Assembly: GCA_001769805.1 (NCBI GenBank)
Contig: MEPO01000027.1
Span: 75,276 to 139,275 of the forward strand
Length of the DNA: 64,000 nt
DNA from: Bdellovibrionales bacterium GWA1_52_35
GTDB lineage: Bacteria; Bdellovibrionota; UBA1018
Direction: 5' to 3'
Within the stretch, counting starts at the first letter, position 1; every line of letters begins with the position of its first letter. A program made the position numbers and the translations under genes. This document shows, in pieces, positions 35,479 to 45,634 of this stretch. The notes beneath the pieces are model-generated. The model searched no databases. It was not told where the DNA came from and saw nothing but the letters and a program-made list of their open reading frames with translations.

Positions 35479-37677
35479 ATGATTTCAACAAAACTTTTTC
35501 AACATTACAAAACCCTCCTCACTGCAATTCTGTTTGCGATTGCTCCGGCTGTCTTTGCGGAAACTTCTCTTGAGCGCGGAATGGAAATGCGCGCCCTGCT
35601 GAGTGATCTGATCCGTGGCAGCGGTCAGGCGGGCTCAACTCAAGCAGCCTCTATTCGCAGTGTTTTCGCAACTCATCCGAAGGTGCTCCAATGGGTTGCC
35701 CAGGGAGAGGATTTTGAGGCACTCCTGAAAGACGCCAATCTCGGAGGTGTTCGCCCCTCAGTCGCAACTGACAAGGAAATCGCAAAGCAGGTTCAGGTAC
35801 TCGCCCAATCACATGCGGACAAGTTACTGAAGCAAGCGGGGTTTCGTGATGAGGTGAGGAATGCCCTCAAGGATCGCCTGGCCAGACTTTCGCCGGCAGA
35901 CATTCCACAGGAGCTGCGGAATGATCCTGAACTGCGCAGTCTGGCCCAGGATCAGAGCAAGGCTGCCGCCAAATATTTCGGTCACCTTACGCCAGAAGAA
36001 CGACTCAAAACGCTTCAGCTGATTCCTGACGATGCTTTCAAAGTAATGGCTAAAGAGGTGAACCAATCCATTGAGACCACAAAGATCTCGGAATCTGAAG
36101 CCATTCGCGAACTCACAAGCAAAAACGCTTTTTCGCTCAATGAAGACCTCCTCAATGCGCAGGAAATGAGCGATTATCTCAATAAGTATTTTGACAAACT
36201 CCCCCTGGAAAATCGGCGGGAAATGTTCATAGCCTTCCTGAAGCTCTCGCCTGATGCCTCCAAGGAAAAACAGCTCGCCGCCGTCCTGAATGAAACCGGC
36301 CCAGCCATGCAGAAGCTGCTGCAGCTGATTGGGGAGAGCGCAAAAAGCCCGACACTCGAAGCCGTTCTCAACGAACTCAAGGAGAACGTCAAACAGGTCC
36401 CGTTCGAGCAGATCAGGTCCGCCATCGAGAAATCTCTGGGCGGTACGATCGAGTCTAAATTCAAAAGCTTCAATCCCAATCCTCTTGCGGCGGGAACAAT
36501 CGGCCAGACTTATCTCGCAACCCTGCCTGACGGCCGGGAAGTCGTCGTGAAAGTCCGACGCCCCGGAATCCAAAAAGAATTGATCGAAGAGATGAATCAT
36601 CTTCGCACCATCGCGCAGGGCACTCCTCTGGAAAAATTGGTTGATCAGCTTGAAGAAAATCTGATGCGTGAAACAGATTTTAGAATCGAAGCGAAGAACC
36701 TGCTCTTTGCTAAACAGGCTTACACTGACGCGAAGAAGGGTCTTTTTGTCGCGGGCCTAGTGGATGATTTCCCGATCATGGAGGACCTCCTGATTCAAGA
36801 GCGAGCCGATGGAAGAAGCATCGTTTCGCTCAAAAAAGGCCTCGCCAACAAAAATTCAAAATCCGCGTTCACCAAACGACGACTCGCCTGGATGCGCGAC
36901 ATTACTGAATCCGTGTATGAAAAATGGATTGATAATGCGGTTTTTGGCAGTGGACATTTTGCGGTTCCGGAGGGTTTCTTTCATGGAGACCTGCACGGCG
37001 GGAATTATTTCGTGAAACGAGTCCGGGGCGCGAGCCCGGACGCAAGCGTCCTCGCCAATTTTTTCAGCTCCGTAAAAGGCCCGAACTACAAGACCACGTT
37101 GATCGACCTGGGGAACGCGGGGACGCTGACCATCGAACAGCGCCGCGCATTCCTGCACCTGGGTATGGCCGCTGCGACAGGCTCACAGGAAGAAATGGTG
37201 GAAGCCCTGGGAAGAGTTGCCATTCTCACCTCTGAACAGAAGGCAAAGATTCTGGAAGCGCTGCAGATTACCGAGTGGAAAGAGCTCTCCGCCTCGGAAC
37301 GCATCACCCTTGCCTTGAAGGACGGCGCACTGAAAGCAGATGCAAAGTTCCCGAGGGACTTTCTGGGTTTCAAACGGGGCCAGAAATTCCTCGAAGTGGC
37401 GGCAAAAGAAGTGAATGAACTCCTCGACCAATTTGATCCGGGCAATAGCATTCGCCGCGCAGATTTGAATAATATCATGATCAAAGTAAGCGGCAAGCGC
37501 CTTGGAATGGAAATACCAGCCCAGCTGGTAAGCTCAAAAATTCGTGAACACACCGTGCTGCCGGCAACTGACGCCGTTCGCCTCAGCTATCGACTGGCCA
37601 GAGAAAAAATCGATGCCTATTTCTCCGGCATCCGTGGTTGTGGGGCCAAAAAACTGAAAAGTACGATTAAGCCTTGA
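35479..37677 (+). CDS. AarF/UbiB (ABC1) atypical kinase with signal peptide
   Basis: GPAMQKLLQ, PLAAGTIGQTY, VVVKV.RP, ETDF..EA, FHGDLHGGN, LIDLG; N-terminal signal ending AVFA. Confidence 0.88.
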   Translation: MISTKLFQHYKTLLTAILFAIAPAVFAETSLERGMEMRALLSDLIRGSGQAGSTQAASIRSVFATHPKVLQWVAQGEDFEALLKDANLGGVRPSVATDKEIAKQVQVLAQSHADKLLKQAGFRDEVRNALKDRLARLSPADIPQELRNDPELRSLAQDQSKAAAKYFGHLTPEERLKTLQLIPDDAFKVMAKEVNQSIETTKISESEAIRELTSKNAFSLNEDLLNAQEMSDYLNKYFDKLPLENRREMFIAFLKLSPDASKEKQLAAVLNETGPAMQKLLQLIGESAKSPTLEAVLNELKENVKQVPFEQIRSAIEKSLGGTIESKFKSFNPNPLAAGTIGQTYLATLPDGREVVVKVRRPGIQKELIEEMNHLRTIAQGTPLEKLVDQLEENLMRETDFRIEAKNLLFAKQAYTDAKKGLFVAGLVDDFPIMEDLLIQERADGRSIVSLKKGLANKNSKSAFTKRRLAWMRDITESVYEKWIDNAVFGSGHFAVPEGFFHGDLHGGNYFVKRVRGASPDASVLANFFSSVKGPNYKTTLIDLGNAGTLTIEQRRAFLHLGMAAATGSQEEMVEALGRVAILTSEQKAKILEALQITEWKELSASERITLALKDGALKADAKFPRDFLGFKRGQKFLEVAAKEVNELLDQFDPGNSIRRADLNNIMIKVSGKRLGMEIPAQLVSSKIREHTVLPATDAVRLSYRLAREKIDAYFSGIRGCGAKKLKSTIKP

Positions 37678-37734
37678 GACGTCTGCCATAAAACCCACTT
37701 GCAAGTGCCCCCAAGCAGACATAGAACCGGGGGT

Positions 37735-38499
37735 ATGAAACTCATTACCTGGAACGTGAATGGAATCCGGGCCGCTCAAAGACACGGCTTTATAAAATGG
37801 TTTGAAGAACAGGCCGCCGATGTGGTCTGTCTCCAGGAAATCAAAGCCACGCCCGAGCAACTGGATGACGAGCTCAAGAACCCGGTGAATTACCACTCCT
37901 ACTGGAACCCCGCCCAGAAACCCGGCTACAGTGGAACCGCGATTTTTTCCAAGCGCGAACCCCTGTCGGTGACAACCGAAGGCCTCGGGATTCCCAAATT
38001 CGATTCAGAAGGCCGGGTGATGATTGCGGAATATCCCACGGTCAATCTGGTCAATGCCTATTTCCCCAACAGCCAGCGCGACCATGCCCGGCTGGATTAC
38101 AAAATAGATTTTTGCGCAGCCATGCTGAAGCTTTTGGAGAAATTGAGAAAATCCGGCAAACCGGTCGTTTTATGCGGTGACTTCAACATTGCCCACAAGC
38201 CCATTGATTTGCGTAATCCCAAGGCCAATGAAGAATGCGCCGGCTATCTTCCGGAAGAGCGGGCCTGGATGGATGAGCTGACAGGAAAAGGGTACGTAGA
38301 TACTTTCAGGCACTTCACCCCCGACCCCCATCACTACACCTGGTGGAGTTATCGCCCGGGAGTTCGCACCAAGAACATCGGATGGCGCCTCGACTATTTT
38401 GTCATCAACCAGGAGAGCCAGGACCGGCTCAAGAATACTTTGCACCAGCCCGAGGTAAAAGGCTCCGACCACTGTCCCGTACTACTTCAGTTGAAATAG
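37735..38499 (+). CDS. xth: Exodeoxyribonuclease III
   Basis: MKLITWNVNGIRA, LQEIK, GYSG, GDFNIAH, YTWWSYR, GWRLDY, SDHCP. Confidence 0.96.
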   Translation: MKLITWNVNGIRAAQRHGFIKWFEEQAADVVCLQEIKATPEQLDDELKNPVNYHSYWNPAQKPGYSGTAIFSKREPLSVTTEGLGIPKFDSEGRVMIAEYPTVNLVNAYFPNSQRDHARLDYKIDFCAAMLKLLEKLRKSGKPVVLCGDFNIAHKPIDLRNPKANEECAGYLPEERAWMDELTGKGYVDTFRHFTPDPHHYTWWSYRPGVRTKNIGWRLDYFVINQESQDRLKNTLHQPEVKGSDHCPVLLQLK

Positions 38500-40728
38500 T
38501 CGCGCCGCCTCTTTGGCGAGTTCCGGAGAGGCAAGAACCTGGGGTGGGGCTTTCAGCAGTTTCTCGCGCCATATCGCGTGCAATTCGCTGCCGGATGCGG
38601 TCGCTTTGTAACTCCTGAGCAGGAAAGTCCCCAGCCTGGAAAATTCCGCAGGACCAAAGGAGTTCAGCAGGGGTCCCGCAGCTTCCGGTCCCGCCAGGGT
38701 TTCCAAAGTCCAATCGACAAGCCCAGGATCTTTTTCTTCCCTCAAAAATGCCATCGCAAAATCAAAATACTGAGCCGCGGACAATTGCTTGTCGATGAAG
38801 GAGTCCCAGAGTGTAGTCAGCAGCAGTTGGCGCATCAGCGGCTCTGCGAATCTGGAAACATTCTGCTGTGCAAAATTGAGCGCCCTCGGCTCCAACTCAA
38901 CGCGCACGTAATCGTGATCATTGTAGTTCGGGAAAATAAAATCCGGACATTTTTTGCCCACAAGGGCACGTACCTGAGTCTCGGCGCCTGAATAACTGAT
39001 GGCTAAAGTCTCTCTGGGTCTCAACTTTCGTGCTCCCGAATCCAGATCAAACAAGGCGATCTCGGTCCGATGCGGTCGCAAAACAACTCCTCCGGACTGT
39101 AGCAGACGGAATTCTGAAATTTTTGAGATGATCTTTGTCTTCCGCTTCCAGGTCACCTCCTGCTGTTCACATTTCCAATCCGCCCGAAGAGTATTCACTC
39201 CTGTCGTTTGCAGCCAGGCTCTCTGCCATCCCGCCAGACCCTCGCCTGAAGCCTCTCCCATTGCTTTCAGAAATTCCGCAATCCCGGCATTCCGGATCGC
39301 AGATTTAATGAAAAACCGCTGCAAGCCATCTCGAAACTCATCCTCTCCCATGTAAAACCGCAATTGTTTTAAAATAGCAGTGATTTTTCCGGTATCGCCC
39401 GATCCCAGGCCAGCCCGCGGACCGTCGGCTTCGGCTACCGGGATCTCAAGCGGCTTCTGGCCCTCGATCCGGTCGTGATCGTAAGCCTTGCGCTTCTTTT
39501 CGCGCAGAAAACGGGCCCAGATCTGCTCAGCATTGCCGCTCATCACGGCACCTTCCCCTGATTGCGCCCACGTGGCCATGAAGTCCGCGATACCTTCGTA
39601 CAACCAGAGGGAATTCCACCACCGCGGGGTCACGAGATTTCCGAACCACATGTGTGAAAGCTGGTGAAAAATCAGGTCCGCCCGCTCCTGATCAAGAGCC
39701 CGCGCCTTGGGCAGCGCTGCGGGCTGACCGCCAAAAAGATATTTTTCACTGAAGGCAACAGCGCCTGCACCCGCGATCGTGCCCGTTTCCAGTTCCGGCA
39801 GAAACACCTGATCGTACTTTGAGTATGGATAGGGATAGGCAAAATTAAGGTCGAAAAACTCCAGCCCTCTTCTCGTGAGTTCAAACCACTCTTTAGCATT
39901 GGTGAGCAGACTCAAGCGCGCCTGTTCCGATTTTCGGATGAAAATCCGGAGAGGGATGCCATCAGCGTCGCTTTTTTTGAAACTATAAGGGCCAGCGTGG
40001 AGAGCGAAAACAGAGGTGCTCAATTTCGAAGAGGGAGGAAAAGCCCAGCTCATCCTTCCGTCAACCCGCACATTTTCCCGCTCTTTGGTATTTGTAATAA
40101 CGGTCCAGTTGTCCGGTGTTTCAACCGTCAGTTCAAAGGACGCCCGCAGATCTGGTTGATCAAAACACGGGAAAACAAATTGGGCCCCCTGCGCGTCGAT
40201 ATTGGAAAAAATATAGACATTTTGGTCCTGGGGATCGACAAAGCGGTTCAACCCGAGCTCGGTCGTGCCGTACGAATGCCCAAAGGAGATCTCAGCCCGG
40301 TTCATGCCTGGCTGAATTTCGCTGCCTTTAAAAAAAACGCGCCTGCCATTGTACCGTTCCGGCCCGATCTCCAGCGCATTCCCATTCAGCTTGAGCGAGT
40401 GGATCCGGCCGCCATCGAAATCAATGAAGAGTCCATGGGCCAGATCTTTCGGCCGGTTCCGTAATTCAAAAATCGCTACCAGCCTGCCTTCAAAATCAGG
40501 ATTATCGCGATCTAGGCCAAACCAGAGCGTGTAAGACACCCCTGCGATCTGCTTGGCTCTCAGGATTGCCTCTTCGCGGGTGAGCACTGGGGGCTTCACC
40601 TTCGCACTGCCCGCCGTCTCGGGTCGCGGCACCGCACCAGGGGGAACTTTGCTCTTCAAACCCGCGCAGCCGACGAAAATCAAGACTGAGAGTGCTGCGA
40701 CAATGACGTGGGCCCAGATTTTTTTCAT
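38482..40728 (-). CDS. M1 aminopeptidase N-like lipoprotein with degenerate active site
   Basis: Lipobox FVGC; FPCFDQPDLRA, YPY.KYDQ, HQLSHMWFGNLVT..WW..LWL.EG. Confidence 0.85.
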   Translation of the reverse strand: MKKIWAHVIVAALSVLIFVGCAGLKSKVPPGAVPRPETAGSAKVKPPVLTREEAILRAKQIAGVSYTLWFGLDRDNPDFEGRLVAIFELRNRPKDLAHGLFIDFDGGRIHSLKLNGNALEIGPERYNGRRVFFKGSEIQPGMNRAEISFGHSYGTTELGLNRFVDPQDQNVYIFSNIDAQGAQFVFPCFDQPDLRASFELTVETPDNWTVITNTKERENVRVDGRMSWAFPPSSKLSTSVFALHAGPYSFKKSDADGIPLRIFIRKSEQARLSLLTNAKEWFELTRRGLEFFDLNFAYPYPYSKYDQVFLPELETGTIAGAGAVAFSEKYLFGGQPAALPKARALDQERADLIFHQLSHMWFGNLVTPRWWNSLWLYEGIADFMATWAQSGEGAVMSGNAEQIWARFLREKKRKAYDHDRIEGQKPLEIPVAEADGPRAGLGSGDTGKITAILKQLRFYMGEDEFRDGLQRFFIKSAIRNAGIAEFLKAMGEASGEGLAGWQRAWLQTTGVNTLRADWKCEQQEVTWKRKTKIISKISEFRLLQSGGVVLRPHRTEIALFDLDSGARKLRPRETLAISYSGAETQVRALVGKKCPDFIFPNYNDHDYVRVELEPRALNFAQQNVSRFAEPLMRQLLLTTLWDSFIDKQLSAAQYFDFAMAFLREEKDPGLVDWTLETLAGPEAAGPLLNSFGPAEFSRLGTFLLRSYKATASGSELHAIWREKLLKAPPQVLASPELAKEAARLFQLK

Positions 40729-41159
40729 ATGGAAAGCTGCTCGACCTGAATACCGACGGAGTTGAGCAAGGCAATCGAATCCTGAATCCGGTAGCTCTGC
40801 CCGAAATAAACCCGCTTCACATTTCCAAGATTGATGAGCCGCTTGGCGCAGCCCACGCAGGGCAGGTGGGTGACGAAGACGTACTTTTCAATATGCCTGG
40901 GCGCATCGCAGTTAATCACTGCATTCTCTTCGGAGTGGAGGCATCCGCAATTTCCGGGTTCCGCCCGATCACAGCCGTTCGGCAGGCCCGTGGCGTTGCC
41001 ATTATAGCCGACCGCAAGCACCTTCCGGAAATCCGTGCTCGTAATGACCGTTCCGACCTTGAGTCGATGACAGGTGGATCGCGCAGCCAACGTGGTGGCC
41101 AGCTGCAGATAAATGGCTTCAAAGGACGGTCGAGGATTTTCCTGCTTTTCCGTGCTCAT
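40725..41159 (-). CDS. dCMP deaminase (ComEB-like)
   Basis: RSTC, GYNG, HSEENA, PCVGC. Confidence 0.92.
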   Translation of the reverse strand: MSTEKQENPRPSFEAIYLQLATTLAARSTCHRLKVGTVITSTDFRKVLAVGYNGNATGLPNGCDRAEPGNCGCLHSEENAVINCDAPRHIEKYVFVTHLPCVGCAKRLINLGNVKRVYFGQSYRIQDSIALLNSVGIQVEQLSI

Positions 41160-41716
41160 TTCTTTGCTCCCGGTCCGGCGTCCGGCTTTGGCGGAATCAC
41201 AACATGCGAAAGGAAGAAGACGAGTTCATTAATTGATTCGTAGATGTCACCGAGGGCGCGATGCTTGTCGCTTTTCCGGAATTCCAGCCCGTATTTCTCA
41301 CGAAATATTTCTTTGAAAGAGCTGACATCCACCAAGCGGTAATGCAGATGCGCCGCCACTTTGGGGAGATATTGATCGATGAATCGGCGATCGTTGCCGA
41401 CGGAGTTGCCGGCCAGGACAACCCGGTCTTTCGGGCCGTAATGGCGGCCGATCAGGGCCAGCAACTCGTCCTCCACTACATTCAATGGAGTGCCCTGGGG
41501 CACCGCAGCAGTTAGACCGCTCTCACCATGGGTTTTCTTGCACCAGTCATTCATATCGGCCAAAACCGTTTCGGGTTGAAATACAATGCGGTGGTACTCC
41601 TCCAAGGGCTTGAAATCCATGTCAGTAATGACCACAGCGACTTCCAGTATGGAGTCGGTTTTCTCATCCAGACCGGTCATTTCGAGATCAATCCAGAAAA
41701 TCGGTTTTTTTTTCAT
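41156..41716 (-). CDS. orn: Oligoribonuclease
   Basis: WIDLEMTGL, H..SGL, GNSV..DRRF, HYR.VDVSS, HRALGDI.ESI. Confidence 0.96.
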   Translation of the reverse strand: MKKKPIFWIDLEMTGLDEKTDSILEVAVVITDMDFKPLEEYHRIVFQPETVLADMNDWCKKTHGESGLTAAVPQGTPLNVVEDELLALIGRHYGPKDRVVLAGNSVGNDRRFIDQYLPKVAAHLHYRLVDVSSFKEIFREKYGLEFRKSDKHRALGDIYESINELVFFLSHVVIPPKPDAGPGAKK

Positions 41717-41722
41717 AAAAAA

Positions 41723-41872
41723 GGTGCCCCTCAGAGTGGCTCAACAAGTCCTGATTGCGTATGTAAGGCTTAATGGATTCCGTAACTCGCGTCAATTCAG
41801 GTTCGCTATCCTGGCAGAAATCCAAAACGACCCGCTGGTCGAGGCTTGCCAGTTGCAGTTGCCGAGAACTTT
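41723..41872. ncRNA. Candidate structured ncRNA (6S RNA-like long hairpin with central bulge)
   Basis: Both ends pair inward in successive helices around an unpaired central bubble (details in findings); strand unresolved. Confidence 0.4.
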
Positions 41873-41942
41873 TTGACAATTCACTTGATTAAAACTGTCA
41901 TTTTTGGTTAAAAACATCGGTCTATTTATTTCATTGCAGGTA

Positions 41943-41976
41943 CCCCTGCGCCTTTGGCGCACTTGGGGCTTTTTTT
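41943..41976 (+). terminator. Terminator-like hairpin in the fusA leader
   Basis: CCCC-TGCGCC-TTT-GGCGCA-CTT-GGGG followed by C and T7. Confidence 0.5.
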
Positions 41977-41995
41977 ACTCAGGAGATCGAGAAAC

Positions 41996-44101
41996 ATGGC
42001 TACGCGCGTAACAATGGATATGATTCGTAATATCGGTATTTCGGCCCACATCGATTCGGGCAAGACTACCCTTTCTGAACGAGTCCTCTTCTACACCAAG
42101 AAAATTCACGCCATTCACGAAGTGAAGGGCAAAGACCAAGTTGGCGCGACCATGGACTTCATGGACCTCGAACGTGAAAAAGGCATTACGATTCAGTCTG
42201 CAGCCACCTATTGCATCTGGAAGGGCTACAACATCAATCTGATCGACACCCCGGGACACGTGGATTTCACCATCGAAGTGGAACGCGCTCTCCGCGTGCT
42301 TGACGGCGCCGTTCTGGTTCTGTGCTCTGTTGCGGGCGTTCAGTCCCAATCGATCACGGTCGATCGCCAGATGAAACGCTACAAAGTTCCCCGCATCACC
42401 TTCATCAACAAAATGGATCGCGCTGGCGCAAACCCGTTCCGCGGCCTTAAAATGCTCCGCGAGAAACTGGGCCATAACGCCCACCTCATCACCTATCCCA
42501 TCGGTGCTGAAGACCAGTTCAAAGGCATCGTGGACCTGGTCCAGATGAAAGCCTTCTACTACGACGGCGATAACGGTGAATTCATCCGCGAAGAAGAAAT
42601 TCCGGCTGATATCCTTGCCGATTGCAAAAAATACCGTGAAGACCTGATCGCAGCAGTCGGAGAGTACGACGAGCACATTGGTGAGATGTATCTCAACGGC
42701 AAGGATCCGAATGTGGAAGAATTCCGCGCCGGAATCCGCAAAGCAACCATGTCCCTCAATTTCATTCCGGTCATGATGGGCTCGGCTTACAAAAACAAAG
42801 GCGTTCAGCATCTTCTTGATGCAGTCACCTATTATCTCCCAAGCCCGAACCAGAAAGAAAACATTGCTCTCGACCAGCGGAACAATGAAGCCAAACTGGC
42901 CTTGGACTCCGATCCTGCGAAGCCGTTTGTCGGTCTGGCATTCAAATTGGATGACGGCCGTTACGGTCAGCTCACGTATATGCGCATTTACCAGGGCACT
43001 GTGAAGAAGGGCGATGTCATCTTCAATTCGTCCAATGACCGGAAGGTCAAAGTACCGAGACTGGTCCAGATGCATGCGGACGAAATGCATGATTGCGAAG
43101 AAGCCTGCGCAGGCGACATTGTCGCCCTCTTCGGCGTGGACTGCGCCTCCGGTGATACCTTCACCGACGGCCAGATCAAATATACGATGACCTCTATGTT
43201 TGTACCCAACGCCGTGATCTCGCTTGCGATCGCACCCAAGGACAAATCAAGCCTGGCGAACTTCTCAAAAGCCCTCAATAAATTCACCAAGGAAGACCCG
43301 ACCCTTCGCGTGCATCGTGATGAAGAATCTGCTCAGACGATCATCAGCGGCATGGGCGAACTTCACCTGGAAATTTACTGCGAACGAATCAAACGCGAAT
43401 ACAATTGCGAAGTGATCGTAGGTAAACCGCAGGTCGCTTTCCGTGAAACGATCACCAAACGCGGCGAGTTCAACTATCTCCATAAGAAGCAAACCGGTGG
43501 TTCCGGCCAATACGCCAAAGTTCTTGGTTATATTGAGCCCCTTCCTTCTGATGCAACTGCTGCATATGAATTTGTGGACGATATCGTCGGGGGATCGATT
43601 CCTCGTGAATTCATTCCTGCCTGCGACAAGGGTTTCCGCGATGCTATTAAAGAAGGTCGCCTGATCGGCTTCCCGATTGTGGGTGTTCGTGCTGTCATCA
43701 ATGACGGCGATAGCCATGATGTTGACTCTTCCGAAATGGCATTCAAGACCGCCTCTCTCATGGGCTTCCGTGAAGCTTACGAGAAAGCCGGGCCCGTGGT
43801 CCTTGAGCCGATCATGAAGCTCGAGACCTCTGCACCTGAAGAATTTCAGGGCTCCGTCATGGGTCAGATCAATCAACGCCGTGGCATGATTGCCAACAGC
43901 ACGACCAACGAAGGTTATGCTGTTATTGAAGCCGAAGTTCCGTTGAACGAAATGTTCGGATATTCAACAGATCTTCGCTCTGCGACGCAGGGCAAGGGAG
44001 AATTCACGATGGAATTCTTGAAATATTCCGCAGTTCCTCGTAACGTTCAGGAAGACATGGTAAAGAAGTATCAGGAAAAACGGGCTAAAGAAAACAAGTA
44101 G
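41996..44101 (+). CDS. fusA: Elongation factor G (spirochete/planctomycete/delta, mtEFG1-like subtype)
   Basis: [60 protein letters not shown] before ATG 41996. Confidence 0.97.
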   Translation: MATRVTMDMIRNIGISAHIDSGKTTLSERVLFYTKKIHAIHEVKGKDQVGATMDFMDLEREKGITIQSAATYCIWKGYNINLIDTPGHVDFTIEVERALRVLDGAVLVLCSVAGVQSQSITVDRQMKRYKVPRITFINKMDRAGANPFRGLKMLREKLGHNAHLITYPIGAEDQFKGIVDLVQMKAFYYDGDNGEFIREEEIPADILADCKKYREDLIAAVGEYDEHIGEMYLNGKDPNVEEFRAGIRKATMSLNFIPVMMGSAYKNKGVQHLLDAVTYYLPSPNQKENIALDQRNNEAKLALDSDPAKPFVGLAFKLDDGRYGQLTYMRIYQGTVKKGDVIFNSSNDRKVKVPRLVQMHADEMHDCEEACAGDIVALFGVDCASGDTFTDGQIKYTMTSMFVPNAVISLAIAPKDKSSLANFSKALNKFTKEDPTLRVHRDEESAQTIISGMGELHLEIYCERIKREYNCEVIVGKPQVAFRETITKRGEFNYLHKKQTGGSGQYAKVLGYIEPLPSDATAAYEFVDDIVGGSIPREFIPACDKGFRDAIKEGRLIGFPIVGVRAVINDGDSHDVDSSEMAFKTASLMGFREAYEKAGPVVLEPIMKLETSAPEEFQGSVMGQINQRRGMIANSTTNEGYAVIEAEVPLNEMFGYSTDLRSATQGKGEFTMEFLKYSAVPRNVQEDMVKKYQEKRAKENK

Positions 44102-44139
44102 CCTGAGTTTGCGCCTCATTTGAACGAAGGGATTTCATA

Positions 44140-44499
44140 ATGTCGAATTTGGTCAGTGTTGTTCACATTATCGCGTGTGTTCTTCTGGTTTTGGTCGTTC
44201 TGATCCAATCAGGGAAAGGCGCCGAAATCAGCGCTTCGTTCGCAGGTTCGAGTCAAACGGTATTTGGCAGCAGCGGCGGTGCAAACTTCTTCACGAGGTT
44301 CACTGCCGCAACTGCAACTATCTTTATGATTACCTCAATTGTTCTGACCATCCTCAGCGGGCAGGCCAAGAAGAGCATTTTTGAGACCGGTGCCCAAAGT
44401 GCTCCAATCACTGCTCCGGCACAGCCCACCACGCCAGCGCAACCAGCCGCCCCTGGTCAGCCACAGAACGCAGCGCCAGCGCAAGCACCCCAGCAATAA
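44140..44499 (+). CDS. secG: Preprotein translocase subunit SecG
   Basis: LVVLIQSGKG...F.G.SQTVFGS.G..NF.TR.T; Pro/Gln/Ala-rich tail. Confidence 0.95.
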   Translation: MSNLVSVVHIIACVLLVLVVLIQSGKGAEISASFAGSSQTVFGSSGGANFFTRFTAATATIFMITSIVLTILSGQAKKSIFETGAQSAPITAPAQPTTPAQPAAPGQPQNAAPAQAPQQ

Positions 44500-44569
44500 G
44501 TTTCGTTTTTCCTTGCTCGCCTTCCACAGATTACGCGGCGTGCGGCATGTAAATCGCTAGTAAGAATCC

Positions 44570-45634
44570 ATGAGGGTGGCTCTGATCTCGCCTTTGTTCG
44601 AGAGTGTTCCTCCCCGTCTGTATGGGGGCACGGAGCGCGTCGTGTACAATCTTTGCTGCGGCCTTAAAAAGGCTGGCATTGACGTCACCCTTTTTGCCTC
44701 AGCTGACTCCAATGCGCCTTGCCGGGTCATCCCGGTCGTATCAGAGTCCCTCAGGCTCTCAGATCCTCCGCCTTTCGATCCACATGTTTACAACTTCAAA
44801 ATGCTAGCGACAGTTCGCAAGCACTTATCAGAATTCGACATCATCCATAATAATCATGATTACTGGATGCTACCTTTGACTCATGGCAGCCACATTCCGG
44901 TTTTGACAACATTACACGGCCGTCTGGACCTTCCAGTGCTGCCTGAATTGCTTCCGGGCTTCCCAAACGCTCATTACATCTCCATTTCGAACTCACAACG
45001 GAAGCCCATTCCGGATTTGCGCTGGACGCGAACGATTTACCACGGAATCGATTTGGCTAATTTCAAATTCAAGGAAGAACCCGGGAAGTATCTGGCATTC
45101 CTCGGCAGGATCCATGCTGAAAAGCGGCCGGAATGGGCTATTGAAATCGCAAAAAAAGCCGGAATTCCGCTTAAAATAGCTGCGAAGATCGAAGGACAGG
45201 CAGGACGCGAGTATTTTGATTCCTTTGTGAAACCGGAACTCCAGAACCCATTGATTGAATACGTGGGCGAAATCGGAGAACACGAAAAGTCTGATTTTCT
45301 GGGAAATGCCCTGGCACTCCTGTTTCCAATAGATTGGCCGGAGCCGTTTGGCCTTGTCATGGTCGAGGCTCTTGCCTGCGGAACCCCGGTGCTGGCACGA
45401 CCTTATGGCTCAGTTCCCGAAATTTTACGTGACGGCGTGACTGGCTTCATACGGCAGGACATCAGCGAGCTGGCAGCACTCGTTCCACAGATCGGAAAGC
45501 TCAGCAGGAAGACCTGTCATGAGTGGGCTGTTCGTCACTTCTCAGTGAAAAGAATGACGGAGGACTATATTCATGTCTATCGATCCCTCAGTGGGTCCCC
45601 CGCCGGAGTCCAGCACCGCTCCGATCACGATTGA
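44570..45634 (+). CDS. Glycosyltransferase family 4
   Basis: VPP.LYGGTER, FLGRI..EK, WPEPFGLVMVEALACGTPV. Confidence 0.93.
   Translation: MRVALISPLFESVPPRLYGGTERVVYNLCCGLKKAGIDVTLFASADSNAPCRVIPVVSESLRLSDPPPFDPHVYNFKMLATVRKHLSEFDIIHNNHDYWMLPLTHGSHIPVLTTLHGRLDLPVLPELLPGFPNAHYISISNSQRKPIPDLRWTRTIYHGIDLANFKFKEEPGKYLAFLGRIHAEKRPEWAIEIAKKAGIPLKIAAKIEGQAGREYFDSFVKPELQNPLIEYVGEIGEHEKSDFLGNALALLFPIDWPEPFGLVMVEALACGTPVLARPYGSVPEILRDGVTGFIRQDISELAALVPQIGKLSRKTCHEWAVRHFSVKRMTEDYIHVYRSLSGSPAGVQHRSDHD

Noticed and set aside
41688..41879. 63-aa minus-strand ORF upstream of orn
   Set aside because: No RBS or motif, overlaps the orn start; the region is better explained as structured RNA
41975..43876. Minus-strand ORFs of 371 and 203 aa
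   Set aside because: Antisense shadows of the codon-biased fusA gene
44500..44569. Possible tRNA after secG (a common arrangement)
   Set aside because: Only 70 nt, with no cloverleaf or T-loop GTTC motif
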